Source of the DNA: a virus
Taxonomy: Duplodnaviria > Caudoviricetes
Direction: 5' to 3' (one strand)
Length of the DNA: 64,000 nucleotides
IMG/VR virus record: IMGVR_UViG_3300032030_000015
Span: 64,001-128,000 of that record
Positions 47,557-56,407 of this stretch are shown in pieces. The first letter of the stretch is position 1, and every line of letters starts with the position of its first letter. The notes under the pieces are model-generated. The model was not told where the DNA came from. It worked only from the letters and a program-made list of their open reading frames with translations, and did no database searches. The translations under genes and the position numbers were made by a program.

Positions 47557-48078
47557 ATGACAAAGAAACAATGGATTGACGGCGACGGGAACTTGTGGAA
47601 CGGCAGTTCGGTCGTCATAGGAGAGACAAGAGTGATTAACCCCACGGACGAGCAGATGCTTGAGGCAGGCTACACGGAGTACACAGCACCAGAGCCGACA
47701 GACGCTCAGCGGCTCGGACAGGCACGGCAGAAGAAACTCGCGGAACTGTCGGCCTACGACCAGAGCGACGCAGTGGACGGCTTCTCCATCGGCGGCGTGA
47801 CCATGTGGCTCACCGTCAGTGAACGGCAGCAGATAGCCACTCAGATAGCTGCCAGCGAGGCTGTAGGCCGCACAGAGATGACCCGCTGGTTTGGTGGTCA
47901 TGCCTTCACCTTCCCCCTCGCCACATGGCAGCAGATGCTCGTGGCACTCGAAGTCTATGCTGGCGACGCACTGAACGTCACCGAACAGCATCGGGCAGCC
48001 ATCAGCGCACTCGGCACGGCAGCAGAGGTCGAAGGCTACGACTTCACCATAGGCTATCCCGATAAGCTCGCCTTCTGA
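47557..48078 (+). CDS. DUF4376-like tail fibre assembly protein
   Basis: KLAELSAYDQSDAVDGF...MWL...LEVYA...VTEQH...YDFTIGYP. Confidence 0.7.
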   Translation: MTKKQWIDGDGNLWNGSSVVIGETRVINPTDEQMLEAGYTEYTAPEPTDAQRLGQARQKKLAELSAYDQSDAVDGFSIGGVTMWLTVSERQQIATQIAASEAVGRTEMTRWFGGHAFTFPLATWQQMLVALEVYAGDALNVTEQHRAAISALGTAAEVEGYDFTIGYPDKLAF

Positions 48079-48099
48079 TTAACCCAAAACAGAAAAAGC

Positions 48100-48615
48100 A
48101 TGATGACAACAACAATGACGATAATTTCAATGGTGCTGGCTGCACTTGGTGTGGGCTATGCCTCGTGGCGGCAGGGTGAGTTGCCGCGTTCGGTGTCGGC
48201 GATGGTCTATATGTTGCCGATTGGTAAGAAATATGTGTGGTCGGTGTGGCTACTTGCAGTGACGGCATTGCTGACGCCGCGTCTGCTGGAGTCGTTGCCC
48301 GACGCTTGGTCGTTCCTTGGTTTCCTGACGGTGGTGTCGATGGCTTTCTGTGCCTTGATGCCGCTAACGGACAATGACACGGAGCGATGGCATGACCTAC
48401 TCGGAGTAGCGGCAGGTGTGTTGAGCCAGGTCTGCGTGCTATTCATTCAGCCATGGTGTCTGCTGGTATGGACACTGATGGCGGTACTGAGTCTGCTTGT
48501 ACTGACTTGTGACAAGCCGTGGTTCACTTGGCTGCTGACGAGACTGGAAGGCAGCGGCGTGCTGCTGCTTGAAATTTTGGCTGCTATTGCGCTGTATATA
48601 GCGATATTAATTTAG
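48100..48615 (+). CDS. multi-pass membrane protein
   Basis: 5-6 hydrophobic segments. Confidence 0.7.
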   Translation: MMTTTMTIISMVLAALGVGYASWRQGELPRSVSAMVYMLPIGKKYVWSVWLLAVTALLTPRLLESLPDAWSFLGFLTVVSMAFCALMPLTDNDTERWHDLLGVAAGVLSQVCVLFIQPWCLLVWTLMAVLSLLVLTCDKPWFTWLLTRLEGSGVLLLEILAAIALYIAILI

Positions 48616-48647
48616 AAAACCTCGTTCCTTAAAAAAGTCATGAGACA

Positions 48648-48791
48648 AAAAATAGGCCTCCTGGCTTAAAATACCTCTCACAGCATTTTTACACGGCATC
48701 CCTGCCACTCCACCAGGAGACCTAATGGTTTTTCCTTCGGAGTGGCAGGGATGCTTGCGTGTATATATGTCTGTGAGAGGCCACAAAGGTA
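48648..48791 (-). ncRNA. candidate small hairpin ncRNA with its own promoter and terminator
   Basis: -7 box TACCTTTG at 48784-48791 (-); long IR GCATCCCTGCCACTCC/GGAGTGGCAGGGATGC and CCTCTCACAG/CTGTGAGAGG; ends GAGGCC-TATTTTTT. Confidence 0.5.
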
Positions 48792-48815
48792 ATAACATTT
48801 TTAATTATATAAACA

Positions 48816-49043
48816 ATGAAACGGATAGAATTAGTGAAATTTAACGCGGGATTATTTCAAAACATGAAATCGGCGGGTGTGCGCATGGAGGACAGCGACT
48901 ACATCGCCATCTACGACGACTTTATGGCTATGTCTGCTGAGAACATGAAGAAAACGGCCATTATGGAAATCCTTGCCGAGCGTTATCATCTAACGTCTCG
49001 CCATATCCACAACATCCTGAAACGGCTCAACGAAGAAGTGTAA
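48816..49043 (+). CDS. small HTH (Mor-like) regulator
   Basis: LAERYHLTSRHIHNILKR C-terminal HTH. Confidence 0.55.
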   Translation: MKRIELVKFNAGLFQNMKSAGVRMEDSDYIAIYDDFMAMSAENMKKTAIMEILAERYHLTSRHIHNILKRLNEEV

Positions 49044-49117
49044 CCGCATACAGCTCAACGTCTTGAAACGCCCACTTCACCACATGAACAGCCGCCTTCA
49101 CCCTCTTTGTCCCGTAA

Positions 49118-49151
49118 GTTGCGATATTATCGCAACAATACTCTATCTTTG
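49118..49151 (+). promoter_or_regulatory. palindromic operator + -7 promoter of the Cys-rich cassette
   Basis: GTTGCGATA-T-TATCGCAAC (49118-49136) then TATCTTTG (49144-49151). Confidence 0.7.
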
Positions 49152-49221
49152 CCCGTGGATTTCAGCAGTGATTTCCACATAGTTCACTTTATTTATTCAC
49201 CAACACAAAAACCAAAACATT

Positions 49222-49773
49222 ATGGCACTCGAAATGAATGACCTGATGGCCCTGAAATCAATGGGCAACGGGGGTGGCATGACTCCCTACGAGCAGTACA
49301 TGGTTGGCTACAAGCAGTCGAAGCGCCCCAGCGGCGTGGCGATTGCAGGACTGACCGTCGGTTCAGTAGCTGCTGCAGCAGCTGTAACAGCATGGATCTT
49401 CGGCGGCACCTACGCCAACGCGAAGTCGAAGGAGGCCAAGGAGGCCGCACATTCAGCAAAGGAGGTGGCTATGGCCTACTATGCTGGAGTTGACAAGCGA
49501 CTCGACAACATCGGTGCGCTGCTGGAGAGCGAGGTGAACCGTCGCATCCAGGGTGACATCAACATCACCCAGTCGGTCAGCGACACCATCAGCGGACAGC
49601 AGAGCACGTCACAGTCCACCAGCGTCGAGAACTCGGCAATGGCTACGGCCTACAACCAGATCATCTCCGACCGTCTGACTGGCCGCTCCAGCCTCGATGC
49701 TCAGCCCGTCTGCATCTACTCGGCTCCCAAGCCCTGTGGCTGTCCAGGCTGCGGTTGTGGCTGCCAAGGCTAA
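49222..49773 (+). CDS. hypothetical protein with TM segment and Cys-rich tail
   Basis: Ends PCGCPGCGCGCQG. Confidence 0.75.
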   Translation: MALEMNDLMALKSMGNGGGMTPYEQYMVGYKQSKRPSGVAIAGLTVGSVAAAAAVTAWIFGGTYANAKSKEAKEAAHSAKEVAMAYYAGVDKRLDNIGALLESEVNRRIQGDINITQSVSDTISGQQSTSQSTSVENSAMATAYNQIISDRLTGRSSLDAQPVCIYSAPKPCGCPGCGCGCQG

Positions 49774-49839
49774 CAACGGCTTTTGAGTGTTGGCGGCGGT
49801 TTTGCCGTCGCCTTCACTCTCTAACTTAATCACGGCAAT

Positions 49840-50232
49840 ATGATATGGAACAAACGAAAACGACAGGAAGAGATGCTGAACCAGATACGATTGATAAATC
49901 CGACGAGCAAGATGTCTATCTCGCAGCAGTGCCTGCTGATTGCGAAGGGCGACATTGACGAAGCAAAGAAGCTGCGCGACTACTTCGCCGACGTGATGAC
50001 CGATTTGCCAACGGTGGATCAGCCAGACCAGACGTGGGTGGACAACACGAAGAACGCACTGAACGGCATCCTCTCCTGGGGAGGCGAGCACCAGCAGGGC
50101 TTGCTGCAGATATATGAAATCGTGCGAGGTATGACGGGCAACCGCCTGCCGCCATTGTCACTCACCGGCATGGCAGCCGAGACCACAGAGGCACCCGCCG
50201 CCGCGCTGCCGCCTATCAACGAAGATGTTTAG
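49840..50232 (+). CDS. hypothetical protein
   Basis: 130-aa ORF. Confidence 0.7.
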   Translation: MIWNKRKRQEEMLNQIRLINPTSKMSISQQCLLIAKGDIDEAKKLRDYFADVMTDLPTVDQPDQTWVDNTKNALNGILSWGGEHQQGLLQIYEIVRGMTGNRLPPLSLTGMAAETTEAPAAALPPINEDV

Positions 50233-50278
50233 TATGCTGCTATGTCATAGCAGCCCAAAGAATTAAAATCACGGCAAT

Positions 50279-50500
50279 ATGGAACAGACACAGAAACAAC
50301 TCAGGCCATTCCGCATATCCTTCGAGCTTTACGCCCACGACGAGCAGGAGGCCGAGGAAGCACGCATGGCCATCGTGGCCTTCATCGGCCAGCACGCAAA
50401 GGCAGGTCGCGCAGTGACCGGGCGCAAGGTAGCCCAGGCTGTCAGCCGCTGGGATCAGAACCCAATCGTTAAGAACCAAGTTATCAATTACTTTAAATAG
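50279..50500 (+). CDS. hypothetical protein
   Basis: 73-aa ORF; leader AATCACGGCAAT-ATG shared with the 49840 gene. Confidence 0.65.
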   Translation: MEQTQKQLRPFRISFELYAHDEQEAEEARMAIVAFIGQHAKAGRAVTGRKVAQAVSRWDQNPIVKNQVINYFK

Positions 50501-50508
50501 AAACAATC

Positions 50509-50817
50509 ATGGCAGAAAAGAATCAAACCACCGCAGGCGTTGCAGCCGAACCCGGAGCCACGCCACAACCGCAGACACAGCAGGCCCGTCCTTGTCCGAA
50601 GGACTGTCGCCGATGCTCGATGGCGCAGCAAATCTGCTGCTCGTCGATGATGTCATTCCAGATGTTCGAGGTAATGAACAATGTCATCACCCGTCTCGAC
50701 CTCCAGTCGCAGCGCATCTATGAACTGGAGCAGCGCCTCACGGCCATCCAGAGCGCCGAGGCAGAACTGGCTGCACCGGCACCCATCCAGGGCGACCTGT
50801 TCGACAGTCAGGAATAA
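50509..50817 (+). CDS. Cys-motif coiled-coil protein
   Basis: CPKDCRRC...CC then heptads. Confidence 0.65.
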   Translation: MAEKNQTTAGVAAEPGATPQPQTQQARPCPKDCRRCSMAQQICCSSMMSFQMFEVMNNVITRLDLQSQRIYELEQRLTAIQSAEAELAAPAPIQGDLFDSQE

Positions 50818-50894
50818 TAGGCAACCAATAGCGCAGAGTGGGGCTGGCGCAGAAAGTAGGGCCCCGAGACAATCAAACACAAAAACAAAACATT

Positions 50895-51368
50895 ATGGCT
50901 TGCAAATGTAACTGCATGATCAAGAACGGCTCCGACGTGAAGGACTTCCTCCTCTCGTCACAGGCCGCTGGGGTGTACGCACTGGGGCTGACCCACTACA
51001 CCTGTATGAATCAGAAGATGGCGCTGAGCGACCCCTCGCGGCCAGTCATCGCCAATCTTAGTATCGAACCCGTCGGCACACCTGTCGACCTGGGGAACGG
51101 CATCTATTGTCAGGAGTTCCTGCTGAAGGGTACCGTGACCTACTGCCCCTGCGGCTCGTGCCGTCCGGAGACGGAGTATGTCACGCTTCAGGACTGCCTC
51201 ACCACGACGTCGGCCACCACGCCGCAACTCACGCTGGGCGAGGTCAACGCATCGCCGAAACCCATCACGTACTACCTGAACAACGGCTGTGGCTGCTGTC
51301 GTGCGACGAAGCCCTGCACCAACCAGATTGCCATCACGACATCCGTCGAGGTCACCGCCGGTGCGTGA
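50895..51368 (+). CDS. Cys-rich hypothetical protein
   Basis: Start MACKCNC; many Cys residues. Confidence 0.7.
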   Translation: MACKCNCMIKNGSDVKDFLLSSQAAGVYALGLTHYTCMNQKMALSDPSRPVIANLSIEPVGTPVDLGNGIYCQEFLLKGTVTYCPCGSCRPETEYVTLQDCLTTTSATTPQLTLGEVNASPKPITYYLNNGCGCCRATKPCTNQIAITTSVEVTAGA

Positions 51369-51407
51369 ACTTAGCCAGACGTGAGTGACCAAGAAAAGTG
51401 ACTAACT

Positions 51408-51767
51408 ATGGACTGGACGGATATCGCCTGCATCGTGTTCGCCTGTACGACGGCCAACCACTTGGGGCTCGTCGGCGCAGTCGTCGGTGTGTTCTTCAAG
51501 AAGCGCCGCTCGCTGCCCGTCGTCAGTTGCCCGAGGTGCCTGACGTGGTGGACGACGATGGCCTACGGAGCAATCCTGGCGGCCACCGACCGCTACGGGT
51601 GTGACCTGTCGGACGTGATACGCTGGCTGGCGATATCCTTCCTCGCAAGTTACCTTGCCCTCTGGCTTGAACTCGCCGAGGGCGGCATCGACAAACTTTA
51701 CGATTACATCTATGGCAAGATTTATCCAACAGCAGATACCGCCGACACCCACAAGGAGCGTTCCTGA
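51408..51767 (+). CDS. membrane protein with CPRCLTWW motif
   Basis: Hydrophobic segments flanking CxxC. Confidence 0.65.
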   Translation: MDWTDIACIVFACTTANHLGLVGAVVGVFFKKRRSLPVVSCPRCLTWWTTMAYGAILAATDRYGCDLSDVIRWLAISFLASYLALWLELAEGGIDKLYDYIYGKIYPTADTADTHKERS

Positions 51768-51984
51768 AGCGCCCTGCCCGTCGTGCGGCAATCCCGTTCA
51801 GCCTGTCGCTGTGTCACAGCGACCACCCGAGACAGCGGACAAAAAGCCGTCAAAGACCGATATCCACAGGAATCCTACAAAGGATGCGAGTAAGCGAGAG
51901 CAGAGTGAAACCGGTTTCGACTCTGCCGAGCGTGAGCATGCTCAACCAAAGGTTAAATCAACAACTAAATCGAAGAAGAAATGA
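51712..51984 (+). CDS. hypothetical protein (CPSC motif)
   Basis: ATG 51712; overlaps neighbours. Confidence 0.4.
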   Translation: MARFIQQQIPPTPTRSVPEAPCPSCGNPVQPVAVSQRPPETADKKPSKTDIHRNPTKDASKREQSETGFDSAEREHAQPKVKSTTKSKKK

Positions 51985-52466
51985 CAACACAAGAACTGAA
52001 AGAGAAATACTACGAGCTATACGACTACATGGCTCAAAGTAAGGATCCGAAGAACATGAAAGCCTTCGGTCATGTAATGAATGAGATGATGGAGTGGCTT
52101 GCCGCCAACAAGCCCGAGGCTGCCCAGGCATGGGTGGAGAAGCTGGAGGCCATCAAGTGGAAGAACTACCTCACGCCGTCCGAGGCCGACAAGATCGTTG
52201 CCGCCATGACACCACCTGCACCGTGGACTCGCGACCAGTGGAAGAACGCCATGGAGAAGAGCGGCTTCGAGCTGGAGGAATGGCCCTGCTACAACCGCTG
52301 TGCCCTCTACGTGACGATGAACATGATCATGTCCGACTCGTCCACAACGCTCACCAAGTATGCTGGCGACGGCAACATGATGTTCGAGTTCGTCCATGCC
52401 CTGGCGCTCGACAAACTGAAGGACGCCGACAAGCGCTTCGATATTCGCCACTACTTCAATCTGTAG
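51981..52466 (+). CDS. hypothetical phage protein
   Basis: 161 aa; YNRCALYVTMNMIMSD...LKDAD...YF. Confidence 0.75.
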   Translation: MTTQELKEKYYELYDYMAQSKDPKNMKAFGHVMNEMMEWLAANKPEAAQAWVEKLEAIKWKNYLTPSEADKIVAAMTPPAPWTRDQWKNAMEKSGFELEEWPCYNRCALYVTMNMIMSDSSTTLTKYAGDGNMMFEFVHALALDKLKDADKRFDIRHYFNL

Positions 52467-52469
52467 GCA

Positions 52470-52733
52470 TTGGACGTTGACGGCTACTTGCGCAGGCAGT
52501 TGTTGGAGCGCATCTACGACAAGATGTCCGACGACGAGAAGCGGATCTTCATCCAGCTTACCATGCAGAACAAGAGCCACACGGAAATCATGTCCGCCCT
52601 TCAGCAGCAGTCGGCGCAGATCCGGGACCTGCGCAAGCACCAGCAGACCTTCGGAGAAGACTTTGCGTCAAACGTACTTGGCAATGCCGCCTACGATGCG
52701 TTGCTATACATAGCCCGCCGTCTGTTCAAGTAA
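52470..52733 (+). CDS. hypothetical protein
   Basis: 87-aa ORF. Confidence 0.55.
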   Translation: MDVDGYLRRQLLERIYDKMSDDEKRIFIQLTMQNKSHTEIMSALQQQSAQIRDLRKHQQTFGEDFASNVLGNAAYDALLYIARRLFK

Positions 52734-52804
52734 TCGCCCGTCGAGTATGCTGCCGTGTCACGGCAGCCCCTTATCAAAACAACCATCATTCGCCGTGATT
52801 GGTT

Positions 52805-52838
52805 GTGGGGTGCAGATACCAAAAGGTCTGCACCCCAC
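52805..52838. terminator. hairpin between convergent operons
   Basis: GTGGGGTGCAGA...TCTGCACCCCAC then T-rich run. Confidence 0.65.
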
Positions 52839-52863
52839 TCTTGTTTTGTCCGTAGCGAAGCCG

Positions 52864-53370
52864 CTACGCCGTAATCAACTGAATCCCCATCAGGTTCTCG
52901 ATCTTGAATGAGACGCTGGTCTTGGCGCCGTCGCGGCTGACCTCACAGGTGTAGGTGTCCTCGGTGGCGGCGACGAAGGCCCGCTGTCCGCCCCTGAAGG
53001 TGAGCAGCAGGTGGCTCGGCGTGCGCTCCAGGCGGAGCAGATAGTCAAGCACTGTCTCGCCACGGCTGTCCGCCGTCAGGTCGCGGTCGTCGGCCTCGCA
53101 CGATACGCTGACCGTGTGCTTGCGCCCTGCCACCGAGTCGCCCTCGCTGTCCTTCGCCTTGCCGCTCAGGCGCTTGATGGGCACGAGCCGTCCGCCAGTG
53201 ACGGCGGGCTGCAGGCCGATGGCGACGGCGTTGGTGAGCGTCGGCGACAGTGAGGCGCTGGCGATGGACGGCTTCAGTTGCCAGGCAGCCGTGCCCGGCG
53301 AGAAGTCCGTGACGGGAATGGCGGTCACGGCCAGCAGGTCGTCCAATTCGTACTCCTTACAATTCAGCAT
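52864..53370 (-). CDS. putative virion structural protein
   Basis: 168-aa ORF in head/tail operon. Confidence 0.65.
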   Translation of the reverse strand: MLNCKEYELDDLLAVTAIPVTDFSPGTAAWQLKPSIASASLSPTLTNAVAIGLQPAVTGGRLVPIKRLSGKAKDSEGDSVAGRKHTVSVSCEADDRDLTADSRGETVLDYLLRLERTPSHLLLTFRGGQRAFVAATEDTYTCEVSRDGAKTSVSFKIENLMGIQLITA

Positions 53371-53373
53371 AGC

Positions 53374-53985
53374 CTATTCCTCCTGACTCTTTTCCTCAGC
53401 CTCGGGCGATGCCGGAGCCGATAGGGGGTCACTAACAGCCTTCTTTGCCGTCGCCCTGCTCTTCGCAACGGGGCGCGTCAACTTACTATACTGCTTCCAC
53501 AGCGCATCGACCTCCTCCTGCACGGTGGACACGTCGCAGGTGAAGTTCTGTCCGTAGCGCAGGTTCAGCGGGCCTGTGATGGCGATGTCGGGCAGCAGCA
53601 GGGCGGTGTCGTCCTGCGCCTTGTCGACAAGCGTCAAGCGGTCGCCGAAGGGATTCTCCTTCAGCCACTCCGACACCATGGGCGACTGTTCCGGCGACAG
53701 GTCGGCGATGATGGTCAGGCGGGAGATGGTGTCCAGTTTGTCCTTGCCGTTCTTATGCGGCCACTGCTGGCGCATCCAGCGGCTGATGATTTCTGCGGCC
53801 TGGTCGGGCAGTGCCGGGGCTGCAATCAGCATCTCCGTCTCTGTATAGCGTGTCAGCAGGGCGGGCAGCAGTTCGGTCAGCGACAGGTCGCCGAAGCCCT
53901 GGAACTGTGTTTTGCCGCCGTCTTTGATGGAATCGCGCAGTTCGAGCAGTTGCCGAGGTGCGCAGCATGGTTGTATTATTCTCAT
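53374..53985 (-). CDS. hypothetical late protein
   Basis: 203-aa ORF. Confidence 0.65.
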   Translation of the reverse strand: MRIIQPCCAPRQLLELRDSIKDGGKTQFQGFGDLSLTELLPALLTRYTETEMLIAAPALPDQAAEIISRWMRQQWPHKNGKDKLDTISRLTIIADLSPEQSPMVSEWLKENPFGDRLTLVDKAQDDTALLLPDIAITGPLNLRYGQNFTCDVSTVQEEVDALWKQYSKLTRPVAKSRATAKKAVSDPLSAPASPEAEEKSQEE

Positions 53986-54080
53986 TTCTCTATGTGTTTA
54001 AGTGTCTAACTGAAACGAGGCCCAGGCCCGGTGATGTGGGTCTGAGCCTCGCTGATATGAAAAGTTTACCTTTGGGAAGG

Positions 54081-54647
54081 TTAGCTCTCTACCTCCTCGG
54101 CGATGTCGCCGTAGTACTTAACCACGTCGTAAACCTGGAAGTTGCAGACGAAGTTGAAGGTTGTGCCGTGATCGTCATTACGATTTTGGCCGCTGGTGTT
54201 GGCGCGGTTGAACGTTACGTCGCCCGTTGGGTTGCCAACGACCTTCCACTCCTTCAGGGAAGCGTTGTCCACTTTCTTGGTCTTGCCAGTTGGGAAGAAC
54301 ACGAGGTAGCCACCGCCCATGTTCGAGAGACGGCGACCCAGTACGGCCATGTCGTCCTCGTTCTTGTCAACGAGACCAGTGCCGGTTACGGCGTTGGCAG
54401 CACCCTCGCCGTTATCCTCACTCGATACCTGACCCGTCTGGTTCTTGAAGGCAATCTTCCAGCCCTTCAGCGTGGCGTTCTCACCTCCGGCAGGAGTAAT
54501 GTTGTACTGATTCTTCTCATCGTTGATCTCGATGGAAGTGATGTGGTCAGAGTCGAGGGGAACAATCATGCAATAGTTGCTGGTTCCGCCAGGGTTCTCC
54601 GTGCAGTCATTAGTCTGCTTAACGTGCTTGAAATTGCAAAGTCCCAT
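54081..54647 (-). CDS. putative major tail tube protein
   Basis: 188 aa beta-rich, N-terminal C.ENPGG; directly after the capsid gene. Confidence 0.5.
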   Translation of the reverse strand: MGLCNFKHVKQTNDCTENPGGTSNYCMIVPLDSDHITSIEINDEKNQYNITPAGGENATLKGWKIAFKNQTGQVSSEDNGEGAANAVTGTGLVDKNEDDMAVLGRRLSNMGGGYLVFFPTGKTKKVDNASLKEWKVVGNPTGDVTFNRANTSGQNRNDDHGTTFNFVCNFQVYDVVKYYGDIAEEVES

Positions 54648-54822
54648 AATCTAATCTTGTGTTTGTGTTGTTATTACTGTGTTGCTTTTGTATTGGTTTG
54701 AGCCCTTTGGCTTATGCCGCATTCCCGTTTGACGGGAAAGCTCAAATGTGTTGGTTGAGAGGAAATCAGAGGGCGGCGGCATGACGGCGATGGATCACGC
54801 CGCCGCTCACCTCCGATAGCGT

Positions 54823-56241
54823 TTAGCCCTTCGTGTAGTAGGTCTTGCCAGACTCTACCTCGGTGTCCTCAGTCAGAGAATACACGTCGCCGTTCTTCTC
54901 GTACCAGCCCTGCTGAGCGGGGTTGCCCGTCGGGTTGGCTACGGCTGTGTAGGTGGGAGTCTCCTCCTCCTCAGCTGCCTCGGCCTTGAACACGCCTGCC
55001 ACGTTCACTACGCCACCGGGGAAGGTGAAGTTGAACGGGTTGGCCTGGCTGATGATGTGTCCGCCCTTGCTCCAGCCTGCGAAGACGAAGCCGCTCTTAG
55101 GAGTAGCCGTCAGGGTGATGATGTCACCGTCGGCATAGAGGTCCTTCTGGCCGCTGGTGATGGCGACGGTACCCTTGCTGGTGTCGGCGCTCGTAGCGGT
55201 GAAGATCTCGGCGATGTACTGGCCGGGAGTCCAGTCGTAGCTGTTCACGGCGTCGTTACATGCGAACACCTCGGGGCTGTACTCGCGGATGCGGGTAGTG
55301 GCGGCGGCGTTGATCTGGTAGCCGATGATGGTCAGGTCCTCGTTGGTCTGGCCGATGCGTACCTGTGCCGTTCCCTCGCGGGTGTCACAAATAAATTCGA
55401 GGTTTCCTTCGATCGAGGCTATCAGCTGGCCTCCTACGCCCATACCGGCGCTGGTCTTCAGCACGATGTTAGGCATCTCGGCAAACTTCCAGCCTGCCTG
55501 CAGCACGGTGGGAGCAATCTGAGGATAGGTCAGCATGTAACCCTTCACGGCCTTGCGGCAGAACTCGTCGCTGGCGTAGATGTAGGTGGTCTGCTCGGGC
55601 TTCTTCATGGCGGGGTGCAGCTTCGTGTAGAAGTTCACCAGCAGGTCGTACACCTGGTCGGCCTCCAGACCGGTGATGTCGCCAGTCATAATCAGGTTGC
55701 GGTTGGCAACCGAGATGGTGCCGTCGGTGCGGGCCTTGGCAATGAGGGTGTAGATACCGTCGAACAGCGAGAGGCCCAGTTTCACCTGGTTCTCGGGAGT
55801 GTCCTCCAGGTCGCGGTTGTCCTTGTTGCCGAACCACACGTTGAAGCGGACGTCCTCTGCGGCGCGACCGGCAACCTCCTTCATGTTGTTCTGCGACATC
55901 TCGCTCTCGCCGGAGCCGTCAACCACGTTGTACGGACCCTTCTCGCGGTAGCGCTCGATAGAGTCTTCCGACTTGATGTAGTAGGGTTCCACCTTGGCAG
56001 GGTTCTCCAGGATCTTGGCGAGCTGCGAAGGTTTCACATTGCCCACACGGTAGGGGCGTGCTACGAGGCCCTTGCGGTTGAAGATACGGCACACGTCGAT
56101 ATTCTCGACATTGGTCGTCACCTTGAAACCGAGGTCTCCGAACATAGAATCGTCAAGCAGATAAGCCTTGGCGACCAGCTCCTCGTGAATCTGTTCCTTC
56201 ACGTGCTGGATTTCGTTGATGCTAAGTGCATAAGGTCCCAT
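54823..56241 (-). CDS. major capsid protein with C-terminal Ig/InlB-B-repeat-like domain
   Basis: Follows protease/scaffold gene; FDGIYTLI; TLTATPKSGFVFAGW appended domain; own late promoter. Confidence 0.7.
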   Translation of the reverse strand: MGPYALSINEIQHVKEQIHEELVAKAYLLDDSMFGDLGFKVTTNVENIDVCRIFNRKGLVARPYRVGNVKPSQLAKILENPAKVEPYYIKSEDSIERYREKGPYNVVDGSGESEMSQNNMKEVAGRAAEDVRFNVWFGNKDNRDLEDTPENQVKLGLSLFDGIYTLIAKARTDGTISVANRNLIMTGDITGLEADQVYDLLVNFYTKLHPAMKKPEQTTYIYASDEFCRKAVKGYMLTYPQIAPTVLQAGWKFAEMPNIVLKTSAGMGVGGQLIASIEGNLEFICDTREGTAQVRIGQTNEDLTIIGYQINAAATTRIREYSPEVFACNDAVNSYDWTPGQYIAEIFTATSADTSKGTVAITSGQKDLYADGDIITLTATPKSGFVFAGWSKGGHIISQANPFNFTFPGGVVNVAGVFKAEAAEEEETPTYTAVANPTGNPAQQGWYEKNGDVYSLTEDTEVESGKTYYTKG

Positions 56242-56289
56242 AATCTTGTTGCTTTTGTGTTGGTTTATAAAATGTTTGTGTTGTTGTCT

Positions 56290-56325
56290 GCAATTTACGC
56301 AGTGGCGTTCAGGAAATCAAGGGCA
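56290..56325 (-). promoter_or_regulatory. late promoter motif copy 4
   Basis: TGCCCTTGATT-N17-TAAATTGC. Confidence 0.78.
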
Positions 56326-56326
56326 G

Positions 56327-56396
56327 CCTGAGCCGAGCGAAGAATCACGAGCTTGCTCGATGGTTGTTCCGAGGCGATGGCTGCACTCGGCGAAGC
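56327..56396. mobile_element. MITE/REP-like palindromic insertion
   Basis: Flanked by CAAGGGCAG direct repeats (56318-56326, 56397-56405); internal GCCGAG/CTCGGC and CGAGC-TT-GCTCG palindromes. Confidence 0.5.
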
Positions 56397-56407
56397 CAAG
56401 GGCAGTG

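Noticed and set aside
48100-48615. Holin
   Set aside because: Position is plausible but there is no adjacent endolysin or spanin and no recognisable holin signature
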